A DNA stretch of 64,000 nucleotides from the human T2T-CHM13v2.0 reference genome, Homo sapiens: assembly GCF_009914755.1 (NCBI RefSeq), contig NC_060933.1; one strand, given 5' to 3'. Shown one piece after another: positions 42,101 through 56,200 of this stretch (its first letter is position 1; each line of letters opens with the position of its first letter). The notes under the pieces are model-generated. The model was given only the letters and a program-made list of their open reading frames with translations. It was not told the origin of the DNA and searched no databases. Made by a program: the position numbers and the translations under genes.

Positions 42101-45100
42101 TTCCATTCCATTCCATTCCATTCCACTCCATTCCATGGCACTCGGGTTGATTCCATTCCATTCCATTCCATTCCATTCAGGATGATTCCATTCCATTGCA
42201 TTCCGTTCCATTACATTCCCCTGCACTCGCGTTGATTCCATTCCATTCCATTCCATTCCATTCAATTCCATTCCATTACAATTCGTTCCATTCCATTCTA
42301 TTCCGTACCATTCCATTCCATTCCATACCATTCCATTCCATTCCATTCCCTTCCATTCCATTCCGTTCCATTCCGTTCCATTCCATTCCATTCCATTCTA
42401 TTCGGGTTAATTCCATTCCATTCCATTCCATTCCATTCCATTCTATTCCATTCCATTGCAATCGAGTTGAATCCATTGCATTTCATTCCATTCCATTCCA
42501 TTCCATTCCATTCCGGAAGATTCCATTCCATTGCATTCTATTCCATTCCATTCCCCTGCACTCGCGTTGATTCCATTCCATTCCATTCCATTCCATTCAA
42601 TTCCATTCCATTCCGTTCCGTTCCATTCCATTCCATTCCATTCCATTCCATTCCGTTCCGTTCCATTCCATTCCATTCCATTCTATTCGGGTTAATTCCA
42701 TTCCATTCCGTTCGATTGCAATCGACTTGATTCCATTCCATTCCATTCCATTGCATTCCATTCCATTCCATTCCATTCCTTTCCATTCCATTACGGATGA
42801 TTCCATTCCATTGCATTCCATTCCATTCCATTCACCTGTACTCGGGTTGATTCCATTCCATTCCATTCCAATCCTTGCCATTCCACTCGTGTTGATTCCA
42901 TTCTTTCCATTCCATTCAAGTTGAATCCATTCCATTGCATTCCATTCCATTCGATTCCATTCGATTGCACTCAGGTTGATTCCATTCCATTGAATTCCAT
43001 TCCATTCCATTCCATTCCATTCCATTCCGTTCCATTCCATTCCATTACATTCGGATTGATTCTATTCAATTCCCTTACACTCCATTACATTCCATTCCAT
43101 TCGGGTAGTTTCCACTCCATTCCATTCCATTCCTCTCCATTCCATTGCACTCGGGTTGATTGCATTCCATTGCATTCCATTCCATTCCATTCAATTCCAT
43201 TCCGTTCCATTCCATTCCATTACATTCGGATTGATTCTATTCAACTCCCTTACTCTCCATTACATTTGATTCCATTCGGGTTGTTCCATTCCATTCCATT
43301 CCATTCCACTGCATTCCATTGCACTCGAGTTGATTCCATTCCTTTCCATTACATTCCGGAAGATTCCATTCCATTACATTCCATTACATTCCATTCCCCT
43401 GCACTCGCGTTGATTCCATTCCATTCCATTCCATTCCATTCCATTCCTTTCCGTTCCATTCCATTCCATTCCATTCCATTCCATTCCATTCCGTTCCGTT
43501 CCGTTCCATTCCATTCCATTCCATTCTATTCGGGTTAATTCCATTCCATTCCATTCGATTGCAATCGAGTTGATTCCATTCCATTCCATTCCATTCCATT
43601 CCATTCCATTCCATTCCTTTCCATTCCATTACGGATGATTCCATTCCATTGCATTCCATTCCATTACATTCCCCTGTACTCGGGTTGATTCCATTCCATT
43701 GCATTCCAATCCATGCCCTTCCACTCGTGTTGATTCCATTCTTTCCATTCCATTCAAGTTGAATCCATTCCATTGCATTCCATTCCATTCGATTCCATTC
43801 GATTGCACTCGGGTTGATTCCATTCCATTGCATTCCATTCCATTCCATTCCGTTCCATTCTCTTCCATTACATTCGGATTGATTCTATTCAATTCCCTTA
43901 CACTCCATTATATTCCATTCCATTCGGGTTGATTCCATTCCATTCCATTCCATTCCATTCCATTCCATTCCATTACAATCGAGTTGATTCCATACCATTC
44001 CATTCCATTCCAGTCCTTTCCATTCCATTCCACTAGGGTTGATTCCATTCTATTAGTTTCCATTCCATTCCATTCCCTTCCATTCCACTCTGGTTGATTC
44101 CATTCCTTTCCATTCCACTCGAATACATTCCCTCCTATTCCACTCGGAACGATTCCATTCCATTCCATTCCATTCCATTCCATTCCACTCCATTCCATTC
44201 CATTCCATTTCGTTCCATTCCATTCCACTCGTGTTGATTCCATTACTTTCAATTCCATGCGGTTTGAAGGCATTCCATTCCATTCAATTCCATTCCATTC
44301 CATTCCATTCCATTCCATTCCATTCCATTGTATTCGGGTTGATTCAATTCTATTGCATTCCATTCCATTCCATTCCGTTGCATTCCATTCCATTTCATTC
44401 GGATTGATTGTATTCAAATCCCATACTCTCCATTACATTCCATTCCATTCGTGTTGTTCCATTCCATTCCATTCCATTCCATTCCATTCCATTCCATACC
44501 ATTCCATTCCATTCCATTCCATTCCATTCCGTTCCATTCCGTTCCATTCCATTCCATTCATTTCTATTCGGGTTAATTCCATTCCATTCCATTCCATTCC
44601 ATTCCATTCTATTCCATTCCATTGCAATCGAGTTGAATCCATTGCATTTCATTCCATTCCATTCCATTCCATTCCATTCCGGAAGATTCCATTCCATTGC
44701 ATTCCATTCCATTCCATTCCCCTGCACTCGCGTTGATTCCATTCCATTCCATTCCATTCCATTCCATTCCGTTCCGTTCCGTTCCATTCCATTCCATTCC
44801 ATTCCATTCCATTCCATTCCATTCCGTTCCATTCCATTCCATTCCATTCCACTCTATTCGGGTTAATTCCATTCCATTCCATTCGATTGCAATCGAGTTG
44901 ATTCCATTCCATTCCATTCCATTCCATTCCATTCCTTTCCCCTGTACTCGGGTTGATTCCATTCCATTCCATTCCAATCCATGCCATTCCACTCCTGTTG
45001 ATTCCATTCTTTCCTTTCCATTCAAGATGAATCCATTCCATTGCATTCCATTCCATTCGATTCCATTCGTTTGCACTCGTGTTGATTCCATGGCATTGCA

Positions 45101-48100
45101 TTCCATTCCATTCCATTCCATTCCATTCCATTCCATTCCATTCCATTCCATTCCATTCCTTTCCATTCCATTCCATTTCATTCGGATTCATTCTATTCAA
45201 TTCCCTTACACTCCATTACATTACATTCCATTCCGGTTGTTCCATTCCATTCCATTCCATTCCACTCCATTCCATTGCACTGGGGTTGATTCCATTCCAT
45301 TCCTTTCCATTCCATTCCATTCCATTCCGGATGATTCCATTCCATTGCATTCCGTTCCATTCCATTCCCCTGCAGTCGCGTTGATTCCATTCCATTCCAT
45401 TCCATTCCATTCCATTCCATTCCATTCCATTCCATTCCTTTGTACTCGGGTTGATTCCATTCCATTGCATTCCATTCCATTCCATTCCATTCCATTCCAT
45501 TCCATTCCATTCCGTTGCTTTCCATTCCATTACATTCGGATTGATTCTATTCAACTCACTTACTCTCCATTACATTCCATTCCATTCGGGTTGTTCCATT
45601 CCATTGCATTCCATTCCACTCCATTCCATTGCACTCGGGTTGATTCCATTCCATTCCATTCCATTCCATTCCATTCCATTCCGGATGATTCCATTCCATT
45701 GCATTCCGTTCCATTACATTCCCCTGCACTCGCGTTGATTCCATTCCATTCCATTCCATTCCATTCAATTCCATTCCATTACAATTCGTTCCATTCCATT
45801 CTATTCCGTACCATTCCATTCCATTCCATACCATTCCATTCCATTCCATTCCATTCCATTCCATTCCGTTCCATTCCGTTCCATTCCATTCCATTCCATT
45901 CCATTCTATTCGGGTTAATTCCATTCCATTCCATTCCATTCCATTCTATTCCATTCCATTGCAATCGAGTTGAATCCATTGCATTTCATTCCATTCCATT
46001 CCATTCCATTCCATTCCGGAAGTTTCCATTCCATTGCATTCCATTCCATTCCATTCCCCTGCACTCGCGTTGATTCCATTCCATTCCATTCCATTCCATT
46101 CCATTCCATTCCGTTCCGTTCCGTTCCGTTCCTTTCCATTCCATTCCATTCCATTCCATTCCATTCCATTCCGTTCCGTTCCGTTCCGTTCCTTTCCATT
46201 CCATTCCATTCCATTCCATTCCATTCCGTTCCGTTCCATTCCATTCCATTCCATTCTATTCGGGTTAATTCCATTCCATTCCATTCGATTGCAATCGTGT
46301 TGATTCCATTCCATTCCATTCCATTCCATTCCATTCCATTCCTTTCCATTCCATTACGGATGATTCCATTCCATTCCATTGCATTCCATTCCATTACATT
46401 CCCCTGTACTCGGGTTGATTCCATTCCATTGCATTGCAATCCATGCCCTTCCACTCGTGTTGATTCCATTCTTTCCATTCCATTCTAGTTGAATCCATTC
46501 CATTGCATTCCATTTCATTCGATTCCATTCGATTGCACTCGGGTTGATTCCATTCCATTGCATTCCATTCCATTCCATTCCGTTCCATTCCATTCCATTA
46601 CATTCGGATTGATTCTATTCAATTCCCTTACACTCCATTATATTCCATTCCATTCGGGTTGATTCCATTCCATTCCATTCCATTCCATTCCATTCCATTA
46701 CAATCGAGTTGATTCCATTCCTTGCCATTCCATTCCAGTCCTTTCCATTCCATTCCACTAGGGTTGATTCCATTCTATTAGTTTCCATTCCATTCCATTC
46801 CCTTCCATTCCACTCTGGTTGATTCCATTCCTTTCCATTCCACTCGAATACATTCCCTCCTAATCCACTCGGAACGATTCCATTCCATTCCATTCCATTC
46901 CATTCCATTCCATTCCATTCCATTCCATTCCGTTCCATTCCATTCCATTCCATTCCATTTCGTTCCATTCCATTCTATTCCGTATCATTCCATTCCATTC
47001 CATTCCATTCCATTACATTCCATTCCATTCCATTCCATTCCATTCCATTGTACTCGGGTTGATTCCATTCCATTCCATTCCATTCCATTCGATTCCATTC
47101 CATTCCCCTGCACTCGCGTTGATTCCATTCCATTCCATACCATTCCATTCCATTCCATTCCATTCCTTTCCATTCCATTCCTTTCCATTCCAGTCCTTTC
47201 CATTCCATTCCCCTCGGGTTGATTCCATTCTATTAGTTTCTATTCCATTCCATTCCCTTCCATTCCACTCTGGTTGATTCCATTCCTTTCCATTCCACTC
47301 GAATACATTCCCTCCTATTCCACTCGGAACGATTCCATTCCATTCCATTCCACTCCCTTCCATTCCATTCCATTCCATTCCATTTCGTTGCATTCCATTC
47401 TATTCCGTATCATTCCATTCCATTCCATTCCATTCCATTCCATTCCATTCCACTCGTGTTGATTCCATTCCTTTCCATTCCATTCGGTTTGAAGGCATTC
47501 CATTCCATTCCATTCCATTCCATTCCATTCAATTGTACTCGCGTTGATTCCATTCCATTGCATTCCATTCCATTCCATTCCATTCCATTCCGTTGCATTC
47601 CATTCCATTACATTCGGATTGATTCTATTCAACTCCCTTACTCTCCATTACATTCCATTCCATTCGGGTTGTTCCATTCCATTCCATTCCATTCCATTCC
47701 ATTCCTTTCCATACCATTCCATTCCATTCCATTCAATTCCATTCCGTTCCATTCCGTTCCATTCCATTCCATTCCATTCTATTCGGGTTAATTCCATTCC
47801 ATTCCATTCCATTCCATTCCATTCTATTCCATTCCATTGCAATCGAGTTGAATCCACTGCATTTCATTCCATTCCATTCCATTCCATTCCTTTCCGGAAG
47901 ATTCCATTCCATTGCATTCCATTCCATTCCATTCCCCTGCACTCGCGTTGATTCCATTCCATTCCATTCCATTCCATTCCATTCCACTCCGTTCCGTTCC
48001 GTTCCGTTCCACTCCATTCCATTCCATTCCATTCCATTCCGTTCCGTTCCATTCCATTCCATTCCATTCCACTCTATTCGGGTTAATTCCATTCCATTCT

Positions 48101-50268
48101 ATTCGATTGCAATCGAGTTGATTCCATTCCATTCCATTCCATTCCATTCCATTCCTTTCCCCTGTACTCGGGTTGATTCCATTCCATTCCATTCCAATCC
48201 ATGCCATTCCACTCGTGTTGATTCCATTCTTTCCATTCCATTCAAGATGAATCCATTCTATTGTATTCCATTCCATTCGATTCCATTCGTTTGCACTCGT
48301 GTTGATTCCATGGCATTGCATTCCATTCCATTCCATTCCATTCCATTCCATTCCATTCCTTTCCATTCCATTCCATTCCATTCGGATTCATTCTATTCAA
48401 TTCCCTTACACTCCATTACATTACATTGCATTCCGGTTGTTCCATTCCATTCCATTCCATTCCACTCCATTCCATTGCACTGGGGTTGATTCCATTCCAT
48501 TCCTTTCCATTCCTTTCCATTCCATTCCGGATGATTCCATTCCATTGCATTCCGTTCCATTCCATTCCCCTGCAGTCGCGTTGATTCCATTCCATTCCAT
48601 TCCATTCCATTCCATTCCATTCCATTCCATTCCATTCCATTCCATTCCATTGTACTCGGGTTGATTCCATTCCATTGCATTCCATTCCATTCCATTCCAT
48701 TCCATTCCATTCCGTTGCTTTCCATTCCATTACATTCGGATTGATTCTATTCAACTCCCTTACTCTCCATTACATTCCATTCCATTCGGGTTCTTCCATT
48801 CCATTCCATTCCATTCCACTCCATTCCATTGCACTCGGGTTGATTCCATTCCATTCCATTCCATTCCATTCATTCCGGATGATTCCATTCCATTCCATTC
48901 CATTCCATTCCATTCAATTCCATTCCATTACAATTCGTTCCATTCCATTCTATTCCGTACAATTCCATTCCATTCCATACCATTCCATTCCATTCCATTC
49001 CATTCCATTCCATTCCGTTCCATTCCGTTCCATTCCATTCCATTCCATTCTATTCGGGTTAATTCCATTCCATTCCATTCCGTTCCATTCCATTCCATTC
49101 CATTCCATTGCATTCCATTCCGGTCCATTCCGTTCCATTCCATTCCATTCCATTCTATTCGGGTTAATTCCATTCCATTCCATTCCATTCCATTCCATTC
49201 CATTCCATTCTATTCCATTCCATTGCAATCGAGTTGAATCCATTGCATTTCATTCCATTCCATTCCATTCCATTCCAATCAAGTTGATTCCATTCCATTC
49301 CATTCCATTCCATTCCATTCCATTCCATTCCATTCCATTACAATCGAGTTGATTCCATTCCATTCCATTCCATTCCAGTCGTTTCCATTCCATTCCACTC
49401 GGGTTGATTCCATTCCATTGCATTCCATTCCATTCCATTTCATTCCATTCCATTCCTTTCCATTCCATTCCATTCCATTGCAATCGGGTTGATTCCACTC
49501 CATTCCTTTCCATTCCATTCCATTGCCTTGCATTCTACTCGGGTTGATTCCATTCCCTTCTTTCCACTCCATTACATTCCCTTCCATTCCACTCAGAATG
49601 ATTGATTCCATTCCATTGCATTCCATTTCATTGCATTGCAATCCATTCCAATCCATTCCATTCCATTCCATTCCACTCGAGTTGATTTCATTCCATTCCT
49701 TTCCATTCCATTCCATTCCTTTCCACTCGAGTTGATTCCATTCCATTCCATTCCATTGCATTCCATTCCATGCCATTCCACTCGGGTTGATTCCATTCCA
49801 TTCCATTCCGTTCCATTCCATTCCATTCCATTCCATTGCATTCCATTCCATTCCTTTCCCCTGCACTCGGGTTGATTCCATTCCTTTCCATTCCATTTAA
49901 TTCCATTCCATTCCATTCCATTCCATTCCAATCCGTTCCATTCCATTCCATTCTATTCCATTGCAATCGACTTGATTCCATTCCATTCCATTCCATTCCA
50001 TTCCATTCCATTCCATTCCATTGCATTTTGTTCCAATCCATTCTATTCCGAACCATTCCATTCCATTCCATTCCATTCCATTCCATTCCATTCCATGCCA
50101 TTCCACTCGGGTTGATTCCATTCCTTTCCATTCCATTAGGGTTGAATCCATTCCACTCCATTCCATTCCATTCGAATCCATTCCATTACACTCGGGTTGA
50201 TTCCATTCCATTCCATTCCATTCGATTCCATTCCATTCCATTCCATTCCGTTCCATTCCATTTCATTA
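39134..50268 (+). repeat. 11.1 kb variant HOR = two units fused with two ~2.4 kb deletions
   Basis: Markers GGAAGTTTCC (40532, 46018) and CTGCAGTCGCG (45370, 48570) each occur twice. Hybrid junctions lie at ~45540 and ~47660. Confidence 0.8.
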
Positions 50269-53200
50269 CATTCAGATTGATTCTATTCAATTCCCTTACA
50301 CTCCATTATATTCCAATCCATTCTGTTTGTTTCCATTCCATTCCATTCCATTTCACTCCATTCCATTGCACTCGGTTTGATTCCATTCCATTCCATTCCA
50401 TTCCATTCCGGATGATTCCATTCCATTGCATTCCATTCCATTCCATTCCCCTGCACTCAGGTTGATTCCATTCCATTCCATTCCACTCCATTCGGTTCTG
50501 TTCCATTCCATTCTATTGCATTCCATTCTATTCGGGTTAATTCCATTCCATTCTATTCCATTCCATTCCATTCCATTCCATTGCAATGGAGTTGATTCCA
50601 TTCCATTCCATTCCATTCCGGATGATTCCATTCCATTGCATTCCATTCCATTCCATTACCCTGCTCTCGTGTTGATTCCATTACCTTCCATTCCATTCCA
50701 TTCCGTTCCATTCCATTGCATTCCATTCTATTCCGGTTAATTCCATTCCATTCCATTCCATTCCATACCATTCCATTCCATTCCATTGTAATCGAGTTGA
50801 TTCCATTCCATTCCTTTCCATTCCATTCCATTGCCTTGTATTCCAATCGGGTTGATTTCATTCCCTTCTTTCCACTCCATTACATTCCCTTCCATTCCAC
50901 TCGGAATGATTGATTCCATTCCATTCCATTCCATTTCATTCCGTTGCAATCCATTCCAATCCATTCCATTCCATTCCATTCCACTCGAGTTGATTTCCTT
51001 CCATTACTTTCCATTCCATTCCATTCCTTTCCACTCGAGTTGATTCCATTCCCTTCCATTCCATTGCATTCCTTTCCTTGCCATTCAACTCGGGTTGATT
51101 CCATACCTTTGCATTCCATTCCATTCCATTCCATTCCATTCCGTTGCTTTCCATTCCATTACATTCGGATTGATTCTATTCAACTCACTTATTCTCCATT
51201 ACATTCCATTCCATTCGGGTTGTTCCATTCCATTCCATTCCATTCCACTCCATTCCATTGCACTCGGGTTGATTCCATTGCATTCCATTCAATTCCATTC
51301 CATTCCGGATGATTCCATTCCATTGCATTCCGTTCCATTACATTCCCCTGCACTCGCGTTGATTCCATTCCATTCCATTCCATTCCATTCCATTCAATTC
51401 CATTCCATTACAATTCGTTCCATTCCATTCTATTCCGTACCATTCCATTCCATTCCATACCATTCCATTCCATTCCATTCCATTCCATTCCATTCCATTC
51501 CGTTCCATTCCATTCCATTCCATTCCATTCTATTCGGGTTAATTCCATTCCATTCCATTCCATTCCATTCTATTCCATTCCATTGCAATCGAGTTGAATC
51601 CATTGCATTTCATTCCATTCCATTCCATTCCATTCCATTCCGGAAGATTCCATTCCATTGCATTACATTCCATTCCATTCCCCTGTACTCGGGTTGATTC
51701 CATTCCATTGCATTCCAATCCATGCCCTTCCACTCGTGTTGATTCCATTCTTTCCATTCCATTCAAGTTGAATCCATTCCATTGCATTCCATTCCATTCG
51801 ATTCCATTCGATTGCACTCGGGTTGATTCCATTCCATTGCATTCCATTCCATTCCATTCCGTTCCATTCCATTCCATTACATTCGGATTGATTCTATTCA
51901 ATTCCCTTACACTCCATTATATTCCATTCCATACGGGTTGATTCCATTCCATTCCATTCCATTCCATTCCATTCCATTACAATCGAGTTGATTCCATTCC
52001 ATTCCATTCCATTCCAGTCCTTTCCATTCCATTCCACTAGGGTTGATTCCATTCTATTAGTTTCCATTCCATTCCATTCCCTTCCATTCCACTCTGGTTG
52101 ATTCCATTCCTTTCCATTCCACTCGAATACATTCCCTCCTATTCCACTCGGAACGATTCCATTCCATTCCATTCCATTCCATTCCATTCCATTCCATTCC
52201 ATTCCATTTCGTTCCATTCCATTCTATTCCGTATCATTCCATTCCATTCCATTCCATTCCATTCCATTCCATTCCATTCCATTCCATTGTACTCGGGTTG
52301 ATTCCATTCCATTAAATTCCATTCCATTCGATTCCATTCCATTCCCCTGCACTCGCGTTGATTCCATTCCATTCCATACCATTCCATTCCATTCCATTCC
52401 ATTCCTTTCCATTCCATTCCTTTCCATTCCAGTCCTTTCCATTCCATTCCACTCGGGTTGATTCCATTCTATTAGTTTCTATTCCATTCCATTCCCTTCC
52501 ATTCCACTCTTGTTGATTCCATTCCTTTCCATTCCACTCGAATACATTCCCTCCTATTCCACTCGGAACGATTCCATTCCATTCCATTCCATTCCATTCC
52601 ATTCCATTCCATTTCGTTGCATTCCATTCTATTCCGTATCATTCCATTCCATTCTATTCCATTCCATTCCATTCCATTCCATTCCATTCCACTCGTGTTG
52701 ATTCCATTCCTTTCCATTCCATTCGGTTTGAAGGCATTCCATTCCATTCCATTCCATTCCATTCCATTCCATTCCATTCCTTTCAATTGTACTCGGGTTG
52801 ATTCCATTCCATTGCATTCCATTCCATTCCATTCCATTCCATTCCGTTGCATTCCATTCCATTACATTCGGATTGATTCTATTCAACTCCCTTACTCTCC
52901 TTTACATTCCATTCCATTCGGGTTGTTCCATTCCATTCCATTCCATTCCACTCCATTCCATGGCACTCGGGTTGATTCCATTCCATTCCATTCCATTCCA
53001 TTCCATTCCGGATGATTCCATTCCATTGCATTCCGTTCCATTACATTCCCCTGCACTCGCGTTGATTCCATTCCATTCCATTCCATTCCATTCAATTCCA
53101 TTCCATTACAATTCGTTCCATTCCATTCTATTCCGTACCATTCCATTCCATTCCATACCATTCCATTCCATTCCATTCCATTCCATTCCGTTAAATTCCG

Positions 53201-56200
53201 TTCCATTCCATTCCATTCCATTCTATTCGGGTTAATTCCATTCCATTCCATTCCATTCCATTCCATTCTATTCCATTCCATTGCAATCGAGTTGAATCCA
53301 TTGCATTTCATTCCATTCCATTCCATTCCATTCCATTCCATTCCGGAAGATTCCATTCCATTGCATTCTATTCCATTCCATTCCCCTGCACTCGCGTTGA
53401 TTCCATTCCATTCCATTCCATTCCATTCAATTCCATTCCATTCCGTTCCGTTCCATTCCATTCCATTCCATTCCATTCCATTCCATTCCGTTCCGTTCCA
53501 TTCCATTCCATTCCATTCTATTCGGGTTAATTGCATTCCATTCCATTCGATTGCAATCGACTTGATTCCATTCCATTCCATTCCATTCCATTCCATTCCA
53601 TTCCATTCCATTCCATTCCATTCCATTCCATTCCTTTCCATTCCATTACGGATGATTCCATTCCATTGCATTCCATTCCATTCCATTCACCTGTACTCGG
53701 GTTGATTCCATTCCATTCCATTCCAATCCTTGCCATTCAACTCGTGTTGATTCCATTCTTTCCATTCCATTCAAGTTGAATCCATTCCATTGCATTCCAT
53801 TCCATTCGATTCCATTCGATTGCACTCAGGTTGATTCCATTCCATTGCATTCCATTCCATTCCATTCCATTCCATTCCATTCCGTTCCATTCCATTCCAT
53901 TATATTCGGATTGATTCTATTCAATTCCCTTACACTCCATTACATTCCATTCCATTCGGGTAGTTTCCAATCCATTCCATTCCATTCCTCTCCATTCCAT
54001 TGCACTCGGGTTGATTCCATTCCATTGCATTCCATTCCATTCCATTCAATTCCACTCCGTTCCATTCCATTCCATTACATTCGGATTGATTCTATTCAAC
54101 TCCCTTACTCTCCATTACATTTGATTCCATTCGGGTTGTTCCATTCCATTCCATTCCATTCCACTGCATTCCATTGCACTCGGGTTGATTCCATTCCATT
54201 CCATTCCATTCCGGAAGATTCCATTCCATTACATTCCATTACATTCCATTCCCCTGCACTCGCGTTGATTCCATTCCATTCCATTCCATTCCATTCAATT
54301 CCATTCCTTTCCGTTCCATTCCATTCCATTCCATTCCATTCCATTCCATTCCGTTCCGTTCCGTTCCATTCCATTCCATTCCATTCTATTCGGGTTAATT
54401 CCATTCCATTCCATTCGATTGCAATCGAGTTGATTCCATTCCATTCCATTCCATTCCATTCCATTCCATTCCATTCCATTCCTTTCCATTCCATTACGGA
54501 TGATTCCATTCCATTGCATTCCATTCCATTACATTCCCCTGTACTCGGGTTGATTCCATTCCATTGCATTCCAATCCATGCCCTTCCACTCGTGTTGATT
54601 CCATTCTTTCCATTCCATTGAAGTTGAATCCATTCCATTGCATTCCATTCCATTCGATTCCATTCGATTGCACTCGGGTTGATTCCATTCCATTGCATTC
54701 CATTCCATTCCATTCCGTTCCATTCTCTTCCATTACATTCGGATTGATTCTATTCAATTCCCTTACACTCCATTATATTCCATTCCATTCGGGTTGATTC
54801 CATTCCATTCCATTCCATTCCATTCCATTCCATTACAATCGAGTTGATTCCATTCCATTCCATTCCATTCCAGTCCTTTCCATTCTATTCCACTAGGGTT
54901 GATTCCATTCTATTACATTCCATTCCATTCCATTCCCTTCCATTCCACTCTGGTTGATTCCATTCCTTTCCATTCCACTCGAATACATTCCCTCCTATTC
55001 CACTCGGAACGATTCCATTCCATTCCATTCCATTCCATTCCATTCCACTCCATTCCATTCCATTCCATTTCGTTCCATTCCATTCTATTCCGTACCATTC
55101 CATTCCATTCCATTCCATTCCATTCCATTCCATTCCACTCGTGTTGATTCCATTGCTTTCCATTCCATTCGGTTTGAAGGCATTCCATTCCATTCAATTG
55201 CATTCCATTCCATTCCATTCCATTCCATTCCATTCCATTCCATTCCATTGTACTCGGGTTGATTCAATTCCATTGCATTCCATTCCATTCCATTCCGTTG
55301 CATTCCATTCCATTTCATTCGGATTGATTGTATTCAAATCCCTTACTCTCCATTACATTCCATTCCATTCGGGTTGTTCCATTCCATTCCAATCCATTCC
55401 ATTCCATTCCATTCCTTTCCATTCCATTCCATTCCATTCCATTCCATTCCTTTCCATTACATTACGGATGATTCCATTCCATTGCATTCCTTTCCATTCC
55501 ATTCCCCTGTACTCGGGTTGATTCCATTCCATTCCATTCCATTCCATGCCATTCCACTCGTGTTGATTCCATTCTTTCCATTCCATTCAAGTTGAATCCA
55601 TTGCATTGCATTCCATTCCATTCGATTCCATTCGATTGCACTCGGGTTGATTCCATTCCATTGCATTCCATTCCATTCCAGTCCATTCTGTTCCATTCCA
55701 TTCCATTACATTCGGATTGATTCTATTCAATTCCCTTACACTCCATTACATTCCATTCCATTCGGGTAGTTTCCATTCCATTCCATTCCATGCCTCTCCA
55801 TTCCATTGCACTCGGGTTGATTCCATTCCATTCCATTCCATTCCATTCCATTCCATTCCATTCCATTCCATTACGGATGATTCCATTCCATTGCATTACA
55901 TTCCATTCCATTCCCCTGTACTCGGGCTGATTCCATTCCATTCCATTCCATACCATTCCATTCCATTCCATTCCATTCCATTCCGTTCCATTCTGTTCCA
56001 TTCCATTCCATTCCATTCTATTCGTGTTAATTCCATTCCATTCTATTCCATTCCAGTCCATTGAAATCGAGTTGATTCCATTCCATTCTATTCCATTCCA
56101 TTCCATTCCGGATGATTCCATTCCATTGCATTCCATTCCATTCCATTCCCCTGCACTCGGATGGATTCCATTCCATTCCATTACATTACATTACGTTCCA

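Noticed and set aside
44697-46073. 458 aa plus-strand ORF and other FHSIP-repeat ORFs
   Set aside because: Same artefact on the (CATTC)n strand, mostly opened at TTG/GTG-type starts. This one also spans a deletion junction.
51141-51195. Apparent third hybrid junction (GTTGCTTTCC followed by CAACTCACTT)
   Set aside because: The upstream and downstream contexts are the normal collinear HOR order, so a point change or very short conversion explains it.
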